Made by a program: the position numbers and the translations under genes. A stretch of 54,618 nt of DNA from a virus (Duplodnaviria > Caudoviricetes). This document shows positions 9,721 to 18,508 of this stretch, in pieces (position 1 is the stretch's first letter; every line of letters starts with the position of its first letter). The DNA lies in the IMG/VR virus record IMGVR_UViG_3300037225_000325, positions 1 to 54,618 of that record. One strand, given 5' to 3'. Under the pieces are notes generated by a model. That model worked only from the letters and a program-made list of their open reading frames with translations. It had not been told where the DNA came from and searched no databases.

Positions 9721-10707
9721 TTAGTACGCCTTGTCCTTTTTCAGAAAAGGCAAGCCCCTATTCGCAGCACCTTCGGAAAACTCCTGCCACCGCTGTTGAT
9801 TCAGCACGTTCCCCTCACTCCCGCATATCGCAGAGAGCATCTTGGCTGCTTCTTTGAAGTCCGCATTAAATCCCAGGCATTCAAGGAGCAATTCCTTTGC
9901 CCGTTCAATCTCTGTCGTCTGCCCCGCTCCCGCCATGTTGAGATATGCCCAGGCAGTAGAGTGCAACGCATCGGGGTAGTGCTGGGTGAATTTACCCAGC
10001 TTCCTGCTATTGCGCCTGAATCTCTCCCCCCAATAGATCGCGCTCGGGAGATCAACCACAGCAAAATACTCCCTGACGGCAAGATATTGAAGCCTCAAAT
10101 CATTAGGATCAGCAGCAAGCTCCTCTCTCAAGATCGCCAGGTCTCGCGCCGTGTTTGGTCTGGGCTGGTATTGAATCATGATGGGGGGGGAGGGAGTAAA
10201 TGCGGCATACGGCGTGTATCTCGCCTCGTGAATCCTCCCCGCAAAATACATATTGCTGTTGTTTCGGAACGCTTTCTCCCTTGGAAATTTTCCACCACAG
10301 TTGTCGTACAGAACGCAGTTGACCACATCTATCTCGGGAGCCACGGTGTCGATTGCATATTTCAGGGCTGCAATAGCCCCCTTATCGGGGCGCTCGTCGG
10401 CGTCCATAAAAAGAATCCAGTCCGTATTGAGCAAATCGAATGACTTGTTGCGGGCCGCTGAGAAATCCACGCCGGTATAATCAGGCGGGGCCGGCCAGTT
10501 AAACTCACCTACCGATAATCTTTTTATTCCCATCTCCCGGAGAATATCGACCGTTTTGTCGTGCGAACCAGTGTCAACAACCGAAATCTGATCTACTCCT
10601 TTGCAGGCTTCAATACACTGCTTTATCTCGTTCTCCTCATTTTTGACAATCAAAGCCAGTCCGAGCGTCTGTCTCATCCTCCCTTTGCTTCCCTTAACCA
10701 GCTCCAT
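9721..10707 (-). CDS. GT2 glycosyltransferase with TPR-like C-terminus (SunS/flagellin-glycosyltransferase type)
   Basis: LIVKNEE...VVDTGSHDKT...DFSAARN...WILFMDADE...GRIHE motifs, followed by a helical repeat tail. Confidence 0.85.
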   Translation of the reverse strand: MELVKGSKGRMRQTLGLALIVKNEENEIKQCIEACKGVDQISVVDTGSHDKTVDILREMGIKRLSVGEFNWPAPPDYTGVDFSAARNKSFDLLNTDWILFMDADERPDKGAIAALKYAIDTVAPEIDVVNCVLYDNCGGKFPREKAFRNNSNMYFAGRIHEARYTPYAAFTPSPPIMIQYQPRPNTARDLAILREELAADPNDLRLQYLAVREYFAVVDLPSAIYWGERFRRNSRKLGKFTQHYPDALHSTAWAYLNMAGAGQTTEIERAKELLLECLGFNADFKEAAKMLSAICGSEGNVLNQQRWQEFSEGAANRGLPFLKKDKAY

Positions 10708-10788
10708 CCAGCCTCCTTTTTATTCGTGATGTGAAGCGGGGAAGGGGGAGGGAAAATCCCCCGCCCCGCCTCGTAGTGTCTGTGTCTG

Positions 10789-12561
10789 TTAGCGCCCGGC
10801 TATGATGCCAGCCGTCTTGAGTGCGTTGATGATTTCGTTCACTGCGTCAAAGACCCCGGCCTTACTGATCCCAATCGACTGGGAGCACGAATTGAAGGAG
10901 CCGTTGTTCGTGATAGGAGAAGGCGTGTTGAACGTCTCAAAGGTGTACATACCCGCGGGAGGTATGATCGCGGTAGCCGTAGCATTGACGAAGTTGACGG
11001 CTACGGTGTTGGCCGCGCTGACTCTGGCGCCCGCGACTGACAACCCGGCAGGAAGCACCGGTGTATTGACATTTGCCGCGCCGTTTGCAACTGTCCCCGT
11101 GACCGTGAAGGGAATCTCGGCTCCGCTGTTCGCTGTGATAGCGTATGTGGGAGCCTCGTACAACTGATAAACGGTTGAAGGAACCGCCGGGTTCTGACGT
11201 AAAACGCCCGAAGAATAGACTTCGTTCTGTGTAGGCGTTCCGGCGAGACCCGCCATGAAATCTACGTAAATGTTGCCCGTCCCGGCACGATAACCAGCCA
11301 GGGTCAACCCTGACTGATTCGAGGGCTTGGACACGCCAAGCACGACATCAGTAGCTAGAATACCGCCGACCGTGATGGTAAACTCGGTCGTCCCACCGGA
11401 TGTGACCCCCGTGCTAAATCCGTTCTGGTACTGATAAAGAAGGATGTTGCTTTCCGGCGGGAACCCGTTCGCTACCAGGAATCGGTAGTTGCCCGAAGGA
11501 GGCGTGACCACCGACGTAGACGGATTGATGAATGTGATACCGATCTGGTTCGGACCAGCCACTCGGACATTTCCGAAACCGCATCCGGATACGACACCAG
11601 AAGCGGCCATGTGAGCTTCCATCCCCACGCTAAAGGTGTTGCCGCCAACAAAAGAGACGGTCGGAGCGGCCTGATAGCCGCTTCCTATGTGGGTCATGAT
11701 TACTCCGACGACACCGCCTCCGGATACAACTGCTATCCCGCAAGCACCTGACCCGTAGGGGTAGGTCGCTGAGGCTGCCGGAGATTCAAGCATAAGCGCC
11801 GTTCCAACCACATTACCAGCCCCGGAGACGTTGGGATACCCGAAATTTGACGAAGACCCCGGAGAGAACGGTGAACCACCGATAATACCGCTAGCTCCCG
11901 ATCCTGGAAGAGCCGAAGTGACCCCGCCCAGAGGGCCACCGCCCGCAAAAACAACCTGGGGAGGCATGTAGTATCCCTGTCCGGCAGTCGTCACATAGAC
12001 ACCTACGACGTGCCCGGAGTTATCCAACACAGCCGAACCTGCCGCGTTCATCCCGCCAATGGTGAATATCTGTTCGGCGGAGGTTAATGATGCAACTGCA
12101 GCGGGGGTGATGGCTGAATACACGGTAGGGAATCCTGTAGCGATGACTGCTGTAAACAAGCCAGCTGCAGGAGTTGCAGCCAGGCCGGTCACGTTAATCT
12201 CATTCCCTATGAGCGTGTTGAGTGATACAGCACTGTTCCTGATGCCCGCGAAGCCAGAGCCAACGCTTATGGCTGAAACGGGGTTGATGGCAAGAAGGAA
12301 GTCCGTGGTAGCCACAAGAGCGCCGGATGTTCCGAGGCTAACGGTAAAAGCGAACTCCTGAGTAGACCCGCTAGCACAGCCGATGGGGGTAGCTCCGAAG
12401 GTGAAGGTGGTCAGTGTGCCCAGAGGCATGTTCTGGATATTCGCCTGCATGGGAGTGGTAAACTGAGGGATGGGGACTGCGCCCCACAAAGCCACTTTGG
12501 CCGAAGACGACTGTCCGAGGACTGTGCCGTCAGTGTTTGAATCGTCGAGAACCTTATACAT
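10789..12561 (-). CDS. Capsid decoration/head-fibre-like protein with a large Ser/Thr/Gly-rich insert
   Basis: Immediately follows the coat gene. N-terminal DDSNTDGTVLGQSSSAKVALWGAVP and C-terminal VNEIINALKTAGIIAG resemble short phage head-decoration proteins. Internal GxGY..P.V.F repeats. Confidence 0.6.
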   Translation of the reverse strand: MYKVLDDSNTDGTVLGQSSSAKVALWGAVPIPQFTTPMQANIQNMPLGTLTTFTFGATPIGCASGSTQEFAFTVSLGTSGALVATTDFLLAINPVSAISVGSGFAGIRNSAVSLNTLIGNEINVTGLAATPAAGLFTAVIATGFPTVYSAITPAAVASLTSAEQIFTIGGMNAAGSAVLDNSGHVVGVYVTTAGQGYYMPPQVVFAGGGPLGGVTSALPGSGASGIIGGSPFSPGSSSNFGYPNVSGAGNVVGTALMLESPAASATYPYGSGACGIAVVSGGGVVGVIMTHIGSGYQAAPTVSFVGGNTFSVGMEAHMAASGVVSGCGFGNVRVAGPNQIGITFINPSTSVVTPPSGNYRFLVANGFPPESNILLYQYQNGFSTGVTSGGTTEFTITVGGILATDVVLGVSKPSNQSGLTLAGYRAGTGNIYVDFMAGLAGTPTQNEVYSSGVLRQNPAVPSTVYQLYEAPTYAITANSGAEIPFTVTGTVANGAANVNTPVLPAGLSVAGARVSAANTVAVNFVNATATAIIPPAGMYTFETFNTPSPITNNGSFNSCSQSIGISKAGVFDAVNEIINALKTAGIIAGR

Positions 12562-12611
12562 GGTTGATCTCCTTGTTATGTTTGTCGTAAAACCTCAGTA
12601 ATTGCAAGTAC

Positions 12612-13868
12612 TTACCCCGTAATTCTGCAGATAAGCTCAGGCCTGGTGCAAGCATATCCGGCCAGCACGTCGGCCCTTGCCGGGAACTGAGTGTTCGTGA
12701 TGTCGTAAGCCCTGACAATGAGGATCGAGATGTTCTGATAGGACTCACGGGCTGCAAAGTCAACGCCCGAAGGCATCACGAGGTCAGCCGTCGCCATAGT
12801 GAAGGCATCGCCGTGGAATGCAAGGTTGACCGGGTAGTATGTCGCGCTCGAACCGGAAAGCAGAGTGATCGCCCCGCCCGTTGCCGGGGAAGCATTGACC
12901 GTGCCGTATGCGGAGCCCGAAACGGCGGGTGTGATCGCCGGGTAGATAGGAATGGTCATGTTCCCGCCGCCGTCCGCCGTAGCGTTTGAGGTCACAACAA
13001 ACGTGGCGTTGTAGCCCGTGTTCGGTTTCTGGTTTTCGGGGTTCACATGGTAAATCCCGGCAACCATGATAATCTCACCCGCATTCAGGACCGAGCCCGC
13101 CGTCCATCCATTTGTGAGAAGGTTGGAGCCGACCTGTGAAGCACCATTTACGAGGACAGTTCCGCTTCGTGTCCCGGTGAGCAGGGTATTGATGTTCTGG
13201 TCCATCGCCCAATCAAAGTCAAGCGCATGGATCATGACGCCCTGCATGTACTGTTCGGCAATTTGTTTACTGGATTCGTAGAGGCCGGACAGACCCTTCA
13301 CCGTAGCCGCCATGGCCCACTGATTTACGATGATTTCCCTTCTCTTGTCCCTTGGCGCCGACATGCCGTCGAGAAGTGCGCCGGCATAGAGAGGCCAGTC
13401 GGGGCTGCTGTAGTCGAGAAGGATATTTGCAACTGGGGTCCATCCTGCCGTTCCCGGAAGCGTACCAGCCGTTCCCATCTGCATGAAGCCGTTATAGCCG
13501 AGCCCGAGGGCATCGATATCCATAGCGGTCGCCATCGCGGGAAGAGCAGGGTCGAGAACCTGTTTCCTGAAGTTCTGGACGGACAGGGAAAGTTCGTTCT
13601 GGGTGAAGTTAAGGCCCACCTGATACTGATACTGCAAAGTGAGCGGCACAGTATCTTCCTGGAAAGACTGAACGACCAGGGCGGACTGCCTGCTGACGGT
13701 AGGTCTCCATGGACGCTTGATGTTGAAGTTTGAGCCTATCTTGGCGCCTTCTTTCTTGAACTCGGCGTTGTACTGCTTGTCGATAACCTGAATCAACTTC
13801 GCATTGTTGTGAAGAACATCGATAGCATTGATTGCTACCTCTGTGCTGGTTAGTGTTTTGTTTGGCAT
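12612..13868 (-). CDS. Major capsid protein, P22 gp5 family
   Basis: 418 aa with AKIG...IKRP, NLAFHGDAFTMATADL and YDITNTQFPARADVLAGY...RPEL motifs. Confidence 0.9.
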   Translation of the reverse strand: MPNKTLTSTEVAINAIDVLHNNAKLIQVIDKQYNAEFKKEGAKIGSNFNIKRPWRPTVSRQSALVVQSFQEDTVPLTLQYQYQVGLNFTQNELSLSVQNFRKQVLDPALPAMATAMDIDALGLGYNGFMQMGTAGTLPGTAGWTPVANILLDYSSPDWPLYAGALLDGMSAPRDKRREIIVNQWAMAATVKGLSGLYESSKQIAEQYMQGVMIHALDFDWAMDQNINTLLTGTRSGTVLVNGASQVGSNLLTNGWTAGSVLNAGEIIMVAGIYHVNPENQKPNTGYNATFVVTSNATADGGGNMTIPIYPAITPAVSGSAYGTVNASPATGGAITLLSGSSATYYPVNLAFHGDAFTMATADLVMPSGVDFAARESYQNISILIVRAYDITNTQFPARADVLAGYACTRPELICRITG

Positions 13869-13883
13869 ATCGGGTCTCCTTGT

Positions 13884-14810
13884 TTATGCTTTCTGAGCCC
13901 TCACCCTCTTGATATATTCATCGGGGTTGGTCTTGGCGAGTTCCGAAAGGTCGCCGGAAACCACCGTCCCGTTATTTCCACCAACGGGGGTATGGGGAAC
14001 AGGAGCTTTACTTCTGGGTTTTGCGGTTGTCGGGGTATTTTCAAGCGCCCCGATGATTTTTCCAAGTTCCAAAAATACGGTAAAGGGGTTCCCTCCGGGC
14101 TTTTCAACCCACTGTCCATTCTGTTGCACGAGAGGGGCAAGGTTATAAATGCGCTTCGCTTCGTCCCTGTTTTCGTGAAGATAACGGATCAGTTGAGGCC
14201 CTTCCTCCCGCATCATGATTACGGCACGCATAGCGGTTGACATAGGCAAAGTCGGGTCTTCGGCGATTTCCGCGATAGCAGGATCTTCTTCGGCTGCTTT
14301 CTTCATGCGGTCCTGATGCGCCGTAATGACCTTATTGACTTGCTCGGCTTGGCTCGTCTGGGCGATCCTCCCCTGAAGCTCCTGCACCGCCTGGTGTTTG
14401 CCCATTTCGATAAGCCATGTATCCTTGGCGTCCTCGTAGGCTTCCCAGTCGGGGAAATCTTCAGGCTTCGGTTTTGCAGGCGGTCCTGCGGCTGGTGCAG
14501 CCACCTGGGGCGGCTGAACGGTCTGTTCTGCAGGAGGCTTGATCGTACCTTCCGAACGGCCCTTCCAGTATTCCCGCTGTGCGACAAGTTCATTGATGCG
14601 GTCTTCGGCGGTCTTCGGCTTTTTCACCGGTACTGTCGAGGGTGCGGCTTCCTTGGTTTCATCCGTGGTTTCGACAGGGGGTGTCTCTGTTGAGGTTGAC
14701 GGCTCCGCCGTCTGCGGCTGGTCGGAAGTCTGATCTCCCGTTACTTCTGGTCCTGCGGTTGACGGGTCCGCCGTTTCGTCTATCGTGCCATCCTGCACGG
14801 GTTCTGCCAT
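13884..14810 (-). CDS. Scaffolding protein
   Basis: Acidic/Pro-rich N-terminus, PKPEDFPDWEAYEDA, coiled coil, C-terminal KAPVP...DEYIKRVR. Directly upstream of the coat gene. Confidence 0.8.
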   Translation of the reverse strand: MAEPVQDGTIDETADPSTAGPEVTGDQTSDQPQTAEPSTSTETPPVETTDETKEAAPSTVPVKKPKTAEDRINELVAQREYWKGRSEGTIKPPAEQTVQPPQVAAPAAGPPAKPKPEDFPDWEAYEDAKDTWLIEMGKHQAVQELQGRIAQTSQAEQVNKVITAHQDRMKKAAEEDPAIAEIAEDPTLPMSTAMRAVIMMREEGPQLIRYLHENRDEAKRIYNLAPLVQQNGQWVEKPGGNPFTVFLELGKIIGALENTPTTAKPRSKAPVPHTPVGGNNGTVVSGDLSELAKTNPDEYIKRVRAQKA

Positions 14811-14828
14811 AATCGATCTCCTTTGAAC

Positions 14829-14870
14829 AAAAAATAAGGGCTACTCACCACTTTCATGGCGGTAGCCCTT
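14829..14870 (-). terminator. Rho-independent terminator-like hairpin upstream of the scaffold gene
   Basis: Minus strand AAGGGCTAC-CGCCATGAAAGTGGTGA-GTAGCCCTT followed by ATTTTTT. Confidence 0.6.
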
Positions 14871-14895
14871 TGGGTCTCCTATTTTGAGACTTAGG

Positions 14896-14925
14896 GTTCC
14901 AATCCACGCCCCGCTCGGGGGCGAC
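14896..14925 (-). CRISPR. Solitary type I-C CRISPR-repeat-like unit (no array, no cas genes)
   Basis: Minus strand GTCGCCCCCGAGCGGGGCGTGGATTGGAAC, versus the canonical I-C pattern GTCGC-stem-GCGTGGATTGAAAC. 6-bp CGCCCC/GGGGCG stem. Only one copy seen. Confidence 0.7.
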
Positions 14926-14931
14926 TAAAGA

Positions 14932-15096
14932 CTATTCTTTATCTTCCTCCCGTCTGCTGTAAGGCTTCGGCATGTCAACAACAAACATTTTTTTAATCTT
15001 TCCAGCCTCTTCCCTTTCGATGGTTCTGAATGAAGCTGCCCGCTGAAGAAGCATGGCATGTTCTATTTTCAAAAAACATTCTAACACATCATTCAT
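14932..15096 (-). CDS. Hypothetical protein (54 aa)
   Basis: Manual translation MNDVLECFLKIEHAMLLQRAASF...; ATGA overlap with the upstream gene. Confidence 0.5.
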   Translation of the reverse strand: MNDVLECFLKIEHAMLLQRAASFRTIEREEAGKIKKMFVVDMPKPYSRREEDKE

Positions 15097-15419
15097 TCCG
15101 CCAACTCCCTTAACCTCCGTTGAAGTCCTTGAAGCATTTTGATCAGGTCTACAACGTCTTTTCTCTTCAGTGAGACGCTTACTGTCTCCTTATGGCTATA
15201 CACCCTGTTGGGGGGCAAGTCAAGAAGTTTCTTTGTATCAACAGCATAATCTGACGAACACTCTCGCGAATGCCTGGGAGGAGCGTGTAGAATATTTTCA
15301 AAGTAGTCCAATTGTATTTCCTCCGGAGTCATGCCAGTACCCTCCTCACCTGTCCCCTTTGCGTCAGATACATGCTTTCTTCCCACTCTTTCCTGGTAGG
15401 ACGGCCTGAGTTTTTCCAT
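15093..15419 (-). CDS. Hypothetical protein
   Basis: 108-aa ORF co-oriented within the head operon. Confidence 0.5.
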   Translation of the reverse strand: MEKLRPSYQERVGRKHVSDAKGTGEEGTGMTPEEIQLDYFENILHAPPRHSRECSSDYAVDTKKLLDLPPNRVYSHKETVSVSLKRKDVVDLIKMLQGLQRRLRELAE

Positions 15420-15715
15420 GTGAGAACTTCCCCTTCTGAGGTTATGGTTCCCATTATCTCATCCTCGCGCGTGACCATGAGTTCTTCGCCTTCATAGGTG
15501 AGCTGCATGGCCCTGGCAGTGTCGATGATCACCCTGTCGCCCACGTGAAGAGACATGGGGATGAACTTCCCCTTGTCGGTGATACGGCCCGGCCCGGTGA
15601 CGATGATCGTTCCGCTCCATAAGGTAGATTGGTAAACTTCCGGGACGAAAATGCTGCCTATCTTCTCGATGGGGGGGTCACATTTCACAATCACTTTATC
15701 CTGATTCGTTCTCAT
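15329..15715 (-). CDS. groES: Co-chaperonin GroES-like protein
   Basis: DKVIVK...GSIFVP...GTIIVTGPGR...G.FIPMSLHVGDRV...EGEELMVTREDEIMG follows the GroES pattern. Confidence 0.85.
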   Translation of the reverse strand: MRTNQDKVIVKCDPPIEKIGSIFVPEVYQSTLWSGTIIVTGPGRITDKGKFIPMSLHVGDRVIIDTARAMQLTYEGEELMVTREDEIMGTITSEGEVLTWKNSGRPTRKEWEESMYLTQRGQVRRVLA

Positions 15716-15975
15716 GCCGGGTCTCCCTTCTTTAGCGGTAGCACGCTGGCCAACGTCATGTTCTTCTTTTTTTGCTTTCTGGGAAACAGTGCCATCACCT
15801 GTTCATAGGTCTCCTGACACAGGAAGTTCCCGAAGCCTGCAATGGCAATTTTCGATCCAACCAAGTCCCCCGCTTCCGAAATAAGCGGTTCAATGAAGAC
15901 GGGAGCTGTCGGTGGGATGACTATGGAAAAAGGTCTCCCCCCTTGATGCGGTACGGCGGTAAGCTCAACGATCAT
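15712..15975 (-). CDS. Hypothetical protein
   Basis: 87 aa; RBS AAGGAGG; translationally coupled to GroES. Confidence 0.55.
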   Translation of the reverse strand: MIVELTAVPHQGGRPFSIVIPPTAPVFIEPLISEAGDLVGSKIAIAGFGNFLCQETYEQVMALFPRKQKKKNMTLASVLPLKKGDPA

Positions 15976-16063
15976 TGGGGCCCTCCTTCCGTAATAGACC
16001 TTGCATCAAAGATTAGCGCATCGGCCCTTGTCCGATGATTTACTCCCCAATAAATCACTCCCA

Positions 16064-18490
16064 TTATTCTCCTCCCGGGGAGAAAACATCGGAGATCGCC
16101 TGCAACGCAATTCTCCTGACTTCCTTGTCGGTCTTATCTGATTCCTTGGCCATCTCCAGCAACTTCGCCTTCGTCTGGAGCATGATGTTTTGTTCCTTAA
16201 TTTTGGCGTTGTTCTGCTTGAGTTCTTCCGTCTTCGCCTTCTGCATGAGGAGTTGCATCTGGGGGGGGACGGGCGGCTGAGGACGGGCGGGTTCCCCTTC
16301 TTTCGGGGGTAGTATGTGGGGCGGGATCATCCGTCTTAGTGTGTCGGCATACTCACCACCGTCAGCGAGGTTCATGTTTTTGACAGTGAAGTATTTATCC
16401 ACGGGGTTCATCTTCTGACCCTGTGTCGCCACAATCATCATCTGTTCTGCCGCCTCTTCCCTGGCTGTGCTGAACGGAGGGCCAACCTTAATAATAACAT
16501 CGTAGTCGCCCTTAGACAAGTCATTGTATTTTGACTTCGGCTCATCCTTCACGTGGGGCTGTAATTCCTTGGGATCAATCCCGGTGTACCGCCCTGGTGC
16601 CTTCTGGATTTTCTTGAACGCTTCCGCATACGGCGTGTTGACCGGCATGAATGAAAGGGTCTGGTCCTCTTCGCCCAGCATCACTCGAACATCTCGTGGA
16701 GTATCGTAGACTTCCGGTATCATCTCGTTTATGATACGTCCCCCGTGGGTAATGCCCCGGTGAAGGTTGTCTATGAACGCGAAAGTTCCAACATCGGAAG
16801 GCGCCCTCTTTCCTCTTACGGCGGCCCCGGTTCGGGAAGGGTCTTCGGAGGCCATGGTATCGGACCGCGACATCCCCACGGCATCCTCTATGTAGGCACG
16901 CACATCCGCCGCATACTGGAACAACTGCACAGGCATCGTACCAACGCCTACCCTCGTGGGAGGGGGGATGAGGTGGCTATTCCCATTATCATCGACCAGT
17001 ACCTGAGCTTTATAGGGCAGCCACGCATAGTTCTGGATGTTAGCAGCCTGATAGAAATGGTCGAAGGGCTGGATCTGTTCCGGCGTTCCTATCCATGGGC
17101 TATGCGGCAACATGGCTGTAAGTTCGCCCTTGCTCGTCTCTACCCAGTTGAGAAGCCTTTGCGGGTCTTTTGCGTTCCTTATGAGGCTTCGGGTGATCGA
17201 CTTGCCATCAAGGTTTTTCTCCGGACCTTTGACGATAATAACCGGGATGTACCGGCCTGGTATATCGTTGGGGCCGTCAAGTATTTGGTCGGGGGCAATA
17301 GCATAATGCTTCACCTTCGGAACCTTCTTCGTGGCCTTCTTGCTTATCTTGAGGCTGTCGGGCAATGGCGGCATGGTAAAATCAGGAGTCGGCGGAACGG
17401 CGTCCGGCATTGGTTTGGGAACGACGGGAACGGGGCTGCCGCCTGTCGGAGGAACCATAGCGGGAGCAGGGCCAGTTGGCATCCCCGGCTGAGGCTGGGA
17501 AGGCACTGGAGAGAAGGAACCCAACCCCAACCGGGACCCGCCCATCCCGGGCTGAGCAGGCGCTCCCAACGCGCCGGCTGGTGGTTGTGCGGGCATGGCC
17601 GAGGTAAGCATCCTTGCCATCTGTTTCATCTCAAGGGCTTCCTTTTGTTTTTCCTCCCACTGTTTCTTCTTCTCCTTCACTTCTTCTTCGAGGAGGATGT
17701 CATCGTTTTCCATGAGGCAAAATGTTTTTTCTTCCTCTTCAACAACATAGTAATCGGCAATCCAAAACGCGTCTTCTTCAAACCAAAGCTCCATACTTGA
17801 GCCGCCGCGAGACTTGAAGTCCTCTACGTCGGGGACTTTCTTGCTGGGGTATCTTTCCTCAAAATCATCATTCGAAATCTTCTCAAGGATGAAAAGGTAC
17901 TTTCCGTCTGAATACACCTGCGATGTGGCATGACTGTCGGGATAGACGAGAAGTGGATTCTTGATTCTCTGCATGTAGATTTCTTGAAGAAAAGGATTGT
18001 CCTCGCAATAGCGGGTAAGGATTCTCCATGCCCCATACCCGCAACTGGCCATCATCTCCCCGGCATAGTCGTAAATCGCATCGGCTTCCGAATCGTATTC
18101 GATGCCATGAATGATCGCCTGCCTCGACTTCGCAATCTGCATGTTGCCTTCGGCGTCCGAGGGGATCACCTTGATGTGGGCCTTGTTAAGCCTCATCTCT
18201 CCGACAAGTTGGTTGACCGGGCGGTTCAGTTCATCCAAGGTAAGGCACGGACGCTTGAGAATCTTTCTGAGGGCTACGTCATCGCTCGACCACTGGTTTT
18301 CTCCGCCCATGAGAAATCTCTGATCATCGGCGGCGGCATCCCTATTCTCCTTGTCGGCCTTTACTTCGCGCTCGTAACGCTTCCGCATCTTCTCAAGAAA
18401 CTTCTTTGCCTTCTCCCCCTTGAGTTCATCTTTCTTCTTCTCCTCGGCTTCCTCTTCGCTTAGTGGCTTGTCTTTCTTGTTGTCATCCAT
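16064..18490 (-). CDS. Portal protein, P22 gp1-like, with Pro-rich insertion
   Basis: DDQRF..GENQW...RPCLT...GYGAWRI...KDPQRLLNW...G.YDV..KVGPPFSTAREEA motifs. Follows TerL. Confidence 0.9.
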   Translation of the reverse strand: MDDNKKDKPLSEEEAEEKKKDELKGEKAKKFLEKMRKRYEREVKADKENRDAAADDQRFLMGGENQWSSDDVALRKILKRPCLTLDELNRPVNQLVGEMRLNKAHIKVIPSDAEGNMQIAKSRQAIIHGIEYDSEADAIYDYAGEMMASCGYGAWRILTRYCEDNPFLQEIYMQRIKNPLLVYPDSHATSQVYSDGKYLFILEKISNDDFEERYPSKKVPDVEDFKSRGGSSMELWFEEDAFWIADYYVVEEEEKTFCLMENDDILLEEEVKEKKKQWEEKQKEALEMKQMARMLTSAMPAQPPAGALGAPAQPGMGGSRLGLGSFSPVPSQPQPGMPTGPAPAMVPPTGGSPVPVVPKPMPDAVPPTPDFTMPPLPDSLKISKKATKKVPKVKHYAIAPDQILDGPNDIPGRYIPVIIVKGPEKNLDGKSITRSLIRNAKDPQRLLNWVETSKGELTAMLPHSPWIGTPEQIQPFDHFYQAANIQNYAWLPYKAQVLVDDNGNSHLIPPPTRVGVGTMPVQLFQYAADVRAYIEDAVGMSRSDTMASEDPSRTGAAVRGKRAPSDVGTFAFIDNLHRGITHGGRIINEMIPEVYDTPRDVRVMLGEEDQTLSFMPVNTPYAEAFKKIQKAPGRYTGIDPKELQPHVKDEPKSKYNDLSKGDYDVIIKVGPPFSTAREEAAEQMMIVATQGQKMNPVDKYFTVKNMNLADGGEYADTLRRMIPPHILPPKEGEPARPQPPVPPQMQLLMQKAKTEELKQNNAKIKEQNIMLQTKAKLLEMAKESDKTDKEVRRIALQAISDVFSPGGE

Positions 18491-18508
18491 TGGGTCTCCT
18501 GTTCCCTA

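Noticed and set aside
6348-10707. Gtr-type O-antigen conversion or DNA-glycosylation locus
   Set aside because: No membrane flippase or GtrB-like genes and no base-hydroxymethylase recognised; the late head-operon position favours protein substrates, though this is not proven.
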